From the NCBI GenBank assembly GCA_902762505.1, contig CACWOQ010000004.1, positions 2,953 to 66,952 on the forward strand: DNA of 64,000 nucleotides, in the 5' to 3' direction. A program made the translations under genes and the position numbers. Each line of letters starts with the position of its first letter. Position 1 is the first letter of the stretch. Shown one piece after another: positions 46,789-54,523 of the stretch. The notes beneath the pieces were generated by a model. It was not told the DNA's origin. It saw only the letters and a list, made by a program, of their open reading frames with translations, and searched no databases. This stretch comes from an uncultured Ruminococcus sp. GTDB taxonomy: Bacteria > Bacillota > Clostridia > Oscillospirales > CAG-272.

Positions 46789-49191
46789 ATGAAAATCGAA
46801 AGAATCATATCCGCGCTGCTCGCGGTCCTGACGCTTGTATCCGCGCTCGCCTCCTGCGACGCGGAGCCGGCTTCCGCATCGACCGGCACGGAGCCTGTGA
46901 CGGTGACGGAAACCGAAACGCAGACCGAAGAGCCGACCGGAACCGACGCCGAAACGGAGACGGAGCCCGTGACGGAGGAGCCTCTTCCCGAGCTTGTCAA
47001 AATGATATCGGTAAGCGAGCTCTGCGCCGACAACCGCCGTTTCACGTACGGATGCACCGACGACTGGGCTGAGCTTTATAACGACGAGGACGAGGACGTC
47101 ACTCTCGATTCGTTTTTCCTCTTCCGCGACGGCGACCGCGACGAACGAGTGGAGCTTGACGGGATAACCGTCCCGGCAAAGGGCTATACCGTTGTAAGAT
47201 TTGACGAGCAAAGTCCATTCCGGCTGCCGAAGGAAGGCGGCACGCTCTGCCTCGGATACAAAAAAGACACCGTTTCATTTCTTGAATACGACGAAACGAT
47301 AGGCTCGGGCTCCTTCACGCAGTCCGGCGCCTGCGCCGATCCGACGCCCGGTTACCCGAACACCTTATCGGGGCTTGAGCAGTACAAAGCCTCCGTCACG
47401 CTTCCGTCGCTGTATATTTCCGAGGTCATGTCCTCGAACAAAAAATACGCGCCGCAGGACGGCAAATACTACGACTGGATAGAGCTTTACAACGCAAGCG
47501 ACGCGCCGGTCACGCTTTCGGACTATTATCTGACTGACAAATATTCCGAGCTGAAAAGGTACAGGCTCCCCGCCGTATCGCTTCAGCCCGGCGCATATTA
47601 CGTGGTCTACTGCTCCGGCGTCGACCGCGAGGGTCACGCCCCGTTCAAGATCAGCTCCGACGGCGAGGATATCTACCTGTCAGACGCCCGCGGAGTGACG
47701 GATCTTCTGCAGGTCCCCGCGGATCTGAAGCAGAACGAAAGCTGCGGAAGGACAGACGGGCGGCTTCGCTACTATACGACCCCCACACCGTCCAAAAAGA
47801 ACGGCGAAGGATATGAAAGCGCGCTCCCCGCGCCGACGGCGAGCCTTCCGTCCGGCAATTACGACGGCGCCGTCGTCGTTTCGCTTCAGGGCAGGGGAAA
47901 AATATACTACACGCTCGACGGCACGGAGCCGAACGAGAGATCCGAGCTTTACGAGCGCCCGATCGGCGTTGACCGCGTCGCGTCCATCCGCGCCGTCTGC
48001 ATCGACGGCGGACGCGTAAGCGCTCTGTCGTCGTTTTTCTACACCGTGGGGATAAATCACGCTTATCCCGTGCTCGAGGTGGCGATCAAAGAAGAATATC
48101 TTACCGGTGAAAAAGGCGTGCTCGTCAACATAAATAAGGAATACGAGCACGAGGCGTATATAACCTTATCCGACAACGGCGCGGTGCTTTTCTCCGCTCC
48201 GTGCGGTCTGAAGCTTCACGGCAACGACAGCAAAAAGGGCGACAAACAGAATTTTCAACTCCGTTTCAGATCGCAGTACGGTCTCGGAACGCTCGATTAT
48301 CCGCTTTTCGACGACCGTGATTACACGAAATTCAACTCGCTTATACTTCACGGCGGCGGAGAAGACTATAAATTCGCCGGCTTCCGTGAGGAGCTGTGCA
48401 CACGTTTAGTCGACGGCGTGACCTCGCTTTACGTTCAGGCGTGCCGTCCGTGCGTGCTTTATTTCAACGGAGAATACCGCGGCATCTACTGGATACGCGA
48501 AAGGATAGACGCGCAGTACTGCGCCAACCGTCTCGGCGTTTCAAAGGATTCGATCAACCTGCTGCACACATACGGTACCGTATCCGACGGCGACAACTCG
48601 GGTTATCTCGCGCTTGTGAAATTCTGCGAGAAAAACGATCTGAAAAAAGAAGAAAACTACAAATACGTAATGGACAGGATCGACGCGCAGAGCCTGATGG
48701 ACTGGTATATCTGCCGCGCGTATCTCGCGGACATGGATCTTGCGAACATCAAGTATTTTCAGTCCACCGAGGACGACGGGAAATGGCACTGGTGCTTCTT
48801 CGATCTTGACTGGTCGTTCTACCACAACAACACGAAATCCATCGCCAAAGTCATGCCGAACAACGGCCATCACACCATGATCCGCGCCCTTCTGAAAAAT
48901 CCCGAATTTGAAGATCTGTTCATCCGCCGCTGCGTCGAGCTGCTCGACACGGTGCTGACCGAGGAGCGCGTTCTGAAGGAGCTTGATTTCGCGATAGCCG
49001 AGGTCGCGCCCGAATACGAGGCGAATAAGAAGAAATACCGCCTGTACGATTCAACCAGGCAGAAGCACGTTGACATGATCCGCGATTTCGTAAAGGACGG
49101 CGTAAGGCTGGAGGAAATGAAAATAAGCATACAGTCCTTCTTCTCCTTATCAGACGACCGCATGGCGGAATATTTCGGTCAAAACGGTTGA
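46789..49191 (+). CDS. CotH-family (atypical kinase fold) lipoprotein with two N-terminal lamin-tail (LTD) domains
   Basis: Lipobox LASC. LTD motifs ELCADNRRF...DWAELYN and ISEVMSSNKKY...DWIELYNASDAPVTLSDYYLTD. CotH region KLHGNDSKKGDKQNFQLRF...LILHGGGED...VLYFNGEYRGIYWIRERID. Confidence 0.7.
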   Translation: MKIERIISALLAVLTLVSALASCDAEPASASTGTEPVTVTETETQTEEPTGTDAETETEPVTEEPLPELVKMISVSELCADNRRFTYGCTDDWAELYNDEDEDVTLDSFFLFRDGDRDERVELDGITVPAKGYTVVRFDEQSPFRLPKEGGTLCLGYKKDTVSFLEYDETIGSGSFTQSGACADPTPGYPNTLSGLEQYKASVTLPSLYISEVMSSNKKYAPQDGKYYDWIELYNASDAPVTLSDYYLTDKYSELKRYRLPAVSLQPGAYYVVYCSGVDREGHAPFKISSDGEDIYLSDARGVTDLLQVPADLKQNESCGRTDGRLRYYTTPTPSKKNGEGYESALPAPTASLPSGNYDGAVVVSLQGRGKIYYTLDGTEPNERSELYERPIGVDRVASIRAVCIDGGRVSALSSFFYTVGINHAYPVLEVAIKEEYLTGEKGVLVNINKEYEHEAYITLSDNGAVLFSAPCGLKLHGNDSKKGDKQNFQLRFRSQYGLGTLDYPLFDDRDYTKFNSLILHGGGEDYKFAGFREELCTRLVDGVTSLYVQACRPCVLYFNGEYRGIYWIRERIDAQYCANRLGVSKDSINLLHTYGTVSDGDNSGYLALVKFCEKNDLKKEENYKYVMDRIDAQSLMDWYICRAYLADMDLANIKYFQSTEDDGKWHWCFFDLDWSFYHNNTKSIAKVMPNNGHHTMIRALLKNPEFEDLFIRRCVELLDTVLTEERVLKELDFAIAEVAPEYEANKKKYRLYDSTRQKHVDMIRDFVKDGVRLEEMKISIQSFFSLSDDRMAEYFGQNG

Positions 49192-49370
49192 ACCAAAGCC
49201 GGACGGCAAAAACCGGACGGCTTTTGTATTCCGCGCGGCTGTTTCCCGTTAATATAAATTTAACATTTTCCGTTTGCATTAAGCCGCAATACTATGCTCG
49301 GAGCATATTGATTTTTAGATTTGTTTGTGATAATATATAAATATAATCGACAAAGGCGGAAAGAAGACCC

Positions 49371-49790
49371 ATGAAGAATACAAGTGAAATGCTGAGAGAC
49401 CTCAAGGGCTGTGAGATGTTTGAGAAATACTACGCCAGCAACAGACGGGATTTCAACAGAACCGATCTTTCGTCGTATCTGAACGATATCATCGCGCGCA
49501 AAGGACTTCGCAAAAGCGACGTCATACGCCGTTCGGAGCTCAGCGAGGTATACGGATATCAGATATTCGGAGGCTTGCGCCGCCCCGAGCGCGACAAGCT
49601 GCTCAGTCTTCTCATCGGTATGGAGCTCAAATTCGACGAGATCCAGCTGCTTTTCAAATCGTGCGGTTACGCTCCGCTTTACGCGAAGGACCCGCGTGAC
49701 GCGGCGATAATATTCGCCGTACTGAACAGGCTTTCCGTTGCGGAAACGAACGAGCTGCTTGAAAAATACGGATTTGCGTCAATAGGATGA
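49371..49790 (+). CDS. XRE-like HTH protein (paralog A), first gene of the HTH / zinc-ribbon / kinase operon
   Basis: GLRKSDVIRRSELSEVYGYQIFGGLRRPERDKLLSLLIGMEL is HTH_3-like. Clear paralog of 57111..57539 (shared Y.YQIF...(R/K)RP.RDK, GY(A/P)PLYAKD.RD). Confidence 0.65.
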   Translation: MKNTSEMLRDLKGCEMFEKYYASNRRDFNRTDLSSYLNDIIARKGLRKSDVIRRSELSEVYGYQIFGGLRRPERDKLLSLLIGMELKFDEIQLLFKSCGYAPLYAKDPRDAAIIFAVLNRLSVAETNELLEKYGFASIG

Positions 49791-50956
49791 AAAAATGTAA
49801 ATACTGCGGACGTGCAATAAGAGACGAGGCGAGATTCTGTCTTTACTGCATGAATTCGCTTGAAGAAAAAAAGGTAATAGAAATAAAAAACAGACGCCCC
49901 GTCAAAGCGATCATCGCCGCCGGGGCTTCCGTCGTTGTGACGGCGGGTGCCGTTGCCGTCGCGCTTTCCGCGGGCGGCGCGGTAAACGGCGCGGCGCATA
50001 TCAGGGAAGCGTCTTACGCGCCGCTGACCGACACCGCCGCCGTGACCCTTGCGCAATCCGGTCCGGAGGACGAAACGGAGCTTGTGATATTATCGCTTTT
50101 CGCCTCAGCCGATCAAAACGGCGATGAGACCGGCGCGCCGGAAGCGACCGCACCCGAAACGACGGAGTCCGAGACAACGGCGTCGGAAACGACAGTACCC
50201 GAAACGTCCGCACCTGAAACCGCCGCGCCGGAAACCACAACGTCAGAAACGACGGCGCCCGAAACGACGGGACCCGAAACATCCGCGCAGGAAACCGCCG
50301 CACCGGAAACCACAACGTCAGAAACGACGGTGCCCGAAACGTCCGCACCTGAAACCGCCGCACCGGAAGCAACGACGCCTGTGTCCGGGCAGTATTCCAT
50401 CCTGCCGGTCGGGCAGATCGGATATCTCACGCCCGGCGTCACCCTGTCGGATAAGCCGTTCGTTTCGTACGGCGACTGGACCGGTTACCGCGCCGAGCAT
50501 ACCGTAAAAGGTGAGGTCGTGCAGTACGGCGATCCGCTCATATACGTTTACGGAGACGGTGAAAAAGCGGTGTTCGAGGCGTCGCCCGAATCGCTTACCG
50601 GATCCCCCTCCGACGCTGACGCGGCGGACCTCGCTTATTCCATGCTGTGCCGCGTTACCGGGGCTTTGCCCGGCTCGCTGTGCGACGCGGAGGGCAACGA
50701 CGTAAACGCTCTTATGCGCAGCGTAACGAATTACGGCGGGGAAGGATACGACGGCATCCTTACGTCTCTTTGTCTGCCGGACGAACACAGGCGTGTATTA
50801 TATACGTACGGGATGATACCCGAATTCAGCCGCAGTGAATTCACGATCGGCGGCGAGCGGAGCATGCGCGTCACGTTTGAGGTACGCCGGTGGTCCGGTA
50901 TGACGTCGGGGATCTGCGTCGTTGACTGCGTGACGCTCATTGAATACGCCGACTGA
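49787..50956 (+). CDS. Zinc-ribbon / single-TM / T-E-P linker / extracellular-domain protein (module A)
   Basis: Start overlaps the HTH stop (ATGA). [23 protein letters not shown] is a CxxC...CxxC zinc ribbon. TM helix [28 protein letters not shown]-type repeats, then a C-terminal domain of about 190 aa and unknown fold. Confidence 0.65.
   Translation: MKKCKYCGRAIRDEARFCLYCMNSLEEKKVIEIKNRRPVKAIIAAGASVVVTAGAVAVALSAGGAVNGAAHIREASYAPLTDTAAVTLAQSGPEDETELVILSLFASADQNGDETGAPEATAPETTESETTASETTVPETSAPETAAPETTTSETTAPETTGPETSAQETAAPETTTSETTVPETSAPETAAPEATTPVSGQYSILPVGQIGYLTPGVTLSDKPFVSYGDWTGYRAEHTVKGEVVQYGDPLIYVYGDGEKAVFEASPESLTGSPSDADAADLAYSMLCRVTGALPGSLCDAEGNDVNALMRSVTNYGGEGYDGILTSLCLPDEHRRVLYTYGMIPEFSRSEFTIGGERSMRVTFEVRRWSGMTSGICVVDCVTLIEYAD
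50183..50377 (+). repeat. In-frame tandem repeat (60/75/60 nt units) encoding SETT(V/A)[15 protein letters not shown]
   Basis: Units at 50183-50242, 50243-50317 (with a 15-nt insertion) and 50318-50377, read directly from the sequence. Confidence 0.8.
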
Positions 50957-50957
50957 A

Positions 50958-51662
50958 ATGAACAGACAGCAGTTTGAAACAGATATAAAAAAGATCTACT
51001 CGACGGTAGCGGTGATAACGGACAAACCCGGAAAAAAGGTGATCCGCTGCCGCCACACAGAGCTATTGCGCGACGTTGTGGTAAAGATCACGGAGAACGA
51101 TCTGCCCGCGTGCCGTTTTCTCTGCGGGATACGCCACGCGAATCTCCCGGAGATATACGACGTGTACGATCTTGACGACGGGTTTGCCGTCGTCGAGGAA
51201 TTCATAGCCGGAATGGATCTGCGCGGATCGCTCGGAGCCGGACTGTACGACTACTCCGGCGCGCGCAGCGTGATCCGCCAGGTCTGCCGCGCGCTCGCCG
51301 TTCTCCACGAAAACGGCTTCGTTCACAGGGACGTGAAGCCGGAAAACGTGATGATCGCGGACGACGGGACGGTCAAGCTTATAGACTTCGACGCCTGCCG
51401 CGCCTATTCAAGCGTAAAAAGCGCCGACACGCAGATCCTCGGTACGATCGGCTACGCCCCGCCCGAGCAGTTCGGCGTGGCGCAGAGCGACAGCCGTAGC
51501 GATATATACGCCGTAGGCGTTCTGCTGAACGTTATGCTTACGGGCGTCCATCCGTCGGAGAGAATAGCGCGCGGACGCGCCGGCAGGATAATCAGAAAAT
51601 GCACGCGGATCAACCCGGACGAGCGTTTCCGTGACGTGGAAAAGCTTATATCCGCGTTATAA
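50958..51662 (+). CDS. Stand-alone short Hanks-type Ser/Thr kinase domain protein (module A)
   Basis: [30 protein letters not shown]. No TM helix and no sensor domain. The ATG at 50958 lies 1 nt after the upstream stop (TGAaATG), mirroring module B. The listed TTG at 50940 is the alternative start. Confidence 0.7.
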   Translation: MNRQQFETDIKKIYSTVAVITDKPGKKVIRCRHTELLRDVVVKITENDLPACRFLCGIRHANLPEIYDVYDLDDGFAVVEEFIAGMDLRGSLGAGLYDYSGARSVIRQVCRALAVLHENGFVHRDVKPENVMIADDGTVKLIDFDACRAYSSVKSADTQILGTIGYAPPEQFGVAQSDSRSDIYAVGVLLNVMLTGVHPSERIARGRAGRIIRKCTRINPDERFRDVEKLISAL

Positions 51663-51701
51663 AGAGCCGTTTTCAGGGATAGGCTATATAAAGAAGAAAC
51701 A

Positions 51702-51757
51702 AACCCACTCTGTCATCTTTCAATTATAGAAAGTGTCATAGTGGGTTATTTTCTTTC
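51702..51757 (+). terminator. Terminator-like compound hairpin after kinase A
   Basis: Outer stem AACCCACT/AGTGGGTT, inner stem CTTTC/GAAAG, followed by ATTTTCTTTC. Confidence 0.5.
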
Positions 51758-51801
51758 AGCTCGTCTTAACCCTTCCGATATAGGAAAGGTTTTTATTATT
51801 C

Positions 51802-52013
51802 AGCTAAATTGCTCGCTTACGCTCGCAGCTAAATTGAAGTCTTACGACTTCAGCTAAATTGAAAACCACAGGTTTTCAGCTAAATTAAATTCGCCTTTAA
51901 GCTCGCGTCAGCGAATTTAGCTTGCGACAGCAAATTTAGCTATGCGGAGCATAATTCAGCTCGCCGCTCGCGGCGAATTTAGCTGCGGTGTACTTCCTTA
52001 TGAAGTACACCGC
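51802..52013. repeat. Convergent 4+4 array of the 9-mer AGCTAAATT alternating with distinct short hairpins
   Basis: Plus-strand copies at 51802, 51827, 51852 and 51878. Inverted copies (AATTTAGCT; one is AATTCAGCT) at 51914, 51933, 51953 and 51976. Spacers are GAAGTC-TTAC-GACTTC, GAAAACC-ACA-GGTTTTC, TGC-GACA-GCA, ATGC-GGA-GCAT, CGCCG-CTCG-CGGCG, plus a terminal 12-bp stem at 51985-52013. Confidence 0.85.
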
Positions 52014-52198
52014 TACCGCGGCTTTTTCTTTGCGTCCGGCTTTTCCACGCTGACATTCGTGCCGGACATTTCGCGGTATGATTCCGCTTCACCGTCCGTC
52101 AGCGGCACGCTCGCTGTGAGTCCCGTGCACTCGTTCGCCATGACGGCGCCGGCAAACAGCTCGTCCTTTGTGAGAGGCACTTTTTTCTTTTTCTTCAT
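52013..52198 (-). CDS. Small hypothetical protein (61 aa, Lys-rich at both ends)
   Basis: GGAGG lies 8 nt upstream of the ATG at 52198. MKKKKKVPLTKDELFAGAVMANECTGLTASVPLTDGEAESYREMSGTNVSVEKPDAKKKPR. The stop abuts the 12-bp hairpin of the array. I recognise no family. Confidence 0.4.
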   Translation of the reverse strand: MKKKKKVPLTKDELFAGAVMANECTGLTASVPLTDGEAESYREMSGTNVSVEKPDAKKKPR

Positions 52199-52256
52199 TT
52201 TCATCACCTCCGCCGCATTATTGCCGTCATGTTTTAAAAAAATTCAATGATTGATA

Positions 52257-52285
52257 TTGCAAATATGCACAATAGACTGTATAAT
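52257..52285 (+). promoter_or_regulatory. Candidate sigma-A promoter of the aminotransferase gene
   Basis: TTGCAA, 17 nt, TATAAT. Confidence 0.55.
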
Positions 52286-52361
52286 ATAATGAAAACGTAC
52301 GTTTTTTTGCAGGGCGGTTTGAGTTTTACTGCAAAAATACGGTCCTTAAAAGGTGGCTTAT

Positions 52362-53645
52362 ATGAAAAAATACACGGAAATGGATCGCGCGGAGCTTTTA
52401 TCCGAGCGCCAAAGGATACAGAACGAATACGACGATATCAAGGCGCAGGGCTATAAGCTCGATATGTCGCGCGGAAAGCCGAGCAGCGAGCAGCTGCGGC
52501 TCACGGAATCCATGCTCGGGATCCTCAATAAAGGATGCGACTGCAAAACGGACGAGGGCATAGACTGCCGCAACTACGGTCAGCTTTTCGGCTTGCCGGA
52601 GGCGAGACAGCTTTTCTCCTCCCTGCTTGACATCCCTGCCGACAACATAATCCTCGGCGGCAACTCGTCGCTCAATATGATGTACGATACCGTTGTCCGC
52701 GCGATGCTATACGGAGTGCCCGGCGGCGACCGTCCCTGGTGCAAGCTCGACCGCGTTAAATTCCTCTGCCCCTCCCCCGGTTACGACAGGCATTTCAGCA
52801 TCTGTGAATCGCTCGGGATAGAGATGATACCGGTAGACATGACGCCGACCGGTCCCGATATGGACGCGGTCGAATCTCTCGTCGCCTCGGACGAGAGCAT
52901 AAAAGGCATCTGGTGCGTGCCGAAATACTCCAACCCTCAGGGCATAACGTATTCCGACGAGACGGTGAGACGCTTTGCTCGCCTTGAATGCAAGGCGAAG
53001 GATTTCAGGATATTCTGGGACAACGCGTACGCCGTGCACGATCTTGACGAGGAAGGTGACAGTCTTCTGAACATCTTCCGGCTCATGCAGGGGACGGACA
53101 AGGAGGATATGCTTTATTTCTTCTTCTCAACGTCGAAGATAAGCTTCCCCGGCTCGGGCGTCGCAATGCTCGCTCTGAGCGACGGGAACCTCGCCGCAGC
53201 GAAAAAGATCATCGAGGTCCAGACGATAGGACCGGATAAAATAAACCAGCTGAGGCACGTAAAATACTTCACGAATGCCGAAGGCATAGTAGACCACATG
53301 AGACTTCACGGAATGGTGCTGAAGCCCAGATTCGACGTGGTGCTGGGTACGCTGCGCAAGGAGCTTGCGCCCGCGGGCATCGCCTCCTGGACCGAGCCGA
53401 AGGGCGGCTACTTCATCAGCCTCGACGTGGCGGACGGTACCGCCGCGGAAACGTACAGACTTGCGGCGGAAGCCGGCGTGAAAATAACGAAAGCCGGCGC
53501 CACCTTCCCGTACGGCAAGGATCCGAGGGACAGAAATCTGAGACTTGCGCCGTCGTATCCGCCTCTGCGCGAGCTGATCGAGGCGATACACGTCATCTGT
53601 GTCTGCGCAAAGCTCGCATATCTTGACAAAGCGCTTAACGTTTGA
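52362..53645 (+). CDS. PLP-dependent aminotransferase, class I/II fold (aspartate/aromatic aminotransferase-like)
   Basis: ATG at 52362 with AAAGGTGG upstream. LDMSRGKPSSEQL, CPSPGYDRHF, CVPKYSNPQG, FWDNAYAVH and FSTSKISFPGSG (Lys for PLP) are characteristic of this aminotransferase subgroup. Confidence 0.75.
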   Translation: MKKYTEMDRAELLSERQRIQNEYDDIKAQGYKLDMSRGKPSSEQLRLTESMLGILNKGCDCKTDEGIDCRNYGQLFGLPEARQLFSSLLDIPADNIILGGNSSLNMMYDTVVRAMLYGVPGGDRPWCKLDRVKFLCPSPGYDRHFSICESLGIEMIPVDMTPTGPDMDAVESLVASDESIKGIWCVPKYSNPQGITYSDETVRRFARLECKAKDFRIFWDNAYAVHDLDEEGDSLLNIFRLMQGTDKEDMLYFFFSTSKISFPGSGVAMLALSDGNLAAAKKIIEVQTIGPDKINQLRHVKYFTNAEGIVDHMRLHGMVLKPRFDVVLGTLRKELAPAGIASWTEPKGGYFISLDVADGTAAETYRLAAEAGVKITKAGATFPYGKDPRDRNLRLAPSYPPLRELIEAIHVICVCAKLAYLDKALNV

Positions 53646-53778
53646 CAACAAAAACATAAAAACCGGCGACAGCCGCGATCCGATACGATCCGCTGTTCAC
53701 CGGTTTTTTTCTTTGTATAGTCGACGTGCAAAAGCTCGTGTTCGATGGTTCGGATCTTTTGAGAACAGCAGATCCTTA

Positions 53779-54522
53779 TCATTTGCCGGGAAGGATCCTG
53801 ATCCCGGCGCCGAGCGCCGAGGCGAGCGCTTCGGCTGATCTGTACCGCAGATCCGGATTGATCTGCGTGCATTTGAGTATGATCCTGCCGGCGCGGCCCT
53901 TAGCGATCCGCTCCGTCGGGTGGGATCCCGTGAGCAGGACGTTGTAAAGAACGCCGAGCGCGTAGATATCGACTCTGCAGTCGCTCTGGCTTATTCCGAA
54001 CTGCTCGGGCGAGGCGTACCCCGGAGTTCCGAGCACTCTCGTGTCGCCGGTCTTGCTGTCGTCGTACAGGCGCGCCGCGTCGAAATCTATGAGCACGACT
54101 CTTTCGCCCGATATCATTACGTTTTCCGGCTTTATATCTCTGTGGACGAAGCCGTTTGAATGAAGCAGCGAAAGGATGCCGCAAAGACTGATAACGATAT
54201 CCGCGGCTTGCTTTTTCGACAGCTCCTCCGTCATGATCAGATCGGACAGAAGCCTTCCTTTTATGAATTCTTCTATGAGGACCGCTCCGTCCGGGCATTC
54301 GTATACCTCGTAAACGCGCGGAAGTCCGTCGCATTCCACCCCGCGCAGAAAGCCGTATACGGGCAGATATTCCGGCAGGCTTTTTATAAGGAAATCGCGT
54401 CCCGTGCCCGCGTGAACGGCTTTGAATATCATTTTGCCGTCTGACGCGGACATCTCGCCGCCGGTTTTGAAAAGCCCGCCCAGCCCGTCAAGCACTTCCT
54501 GTCTTGTTTTTTTCGTTCTCAT
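53779..54522 (-). CDS. Stand-alone short Hanks-type Ser/Thr kinase domain protein (module B)
   Basis: HRDIKPENVMI, DFDAARLY, GTPGYASPEQF. 247 aa with no TM helix. The ATG lies 1 nt after the upstream stop (TGAtATG). Confidence 0.7.
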   Translation of the reverse strand: MRTKKTRQEVLDGLGGLFKTGGEMSASDGKMIFKAVHAGTGRDFLIKSLPEYLPVYGFLRGVECDGLPRVYEVYECPDGAVLIEEFIKGRLLSDLIMTEELSKKQAADIVISLCGILSLLHSNGFVHRDIKPENVMISGERVVLIDFDAARLYDDSKTGDTRVLGTPGYASPEQFGISQSDCRVDIYALGVLYNVLLTGSHPTERIAKGRAGRIILKCTQINPDLRYRSAEALASALGAGIRILPGK

Positions 54523-54523
54523 A

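Noticed and set aside
51802-52013. Possibility that the arrays (also 21686-21837 and 26160-26270) are CRISPR arrays.
   Set aside because: The repeats are only 8-10 nt and the spacers 10-17 nt. The spacers are themselves palindromic. Two of the arrays contain both orientations. No cas genes are present.
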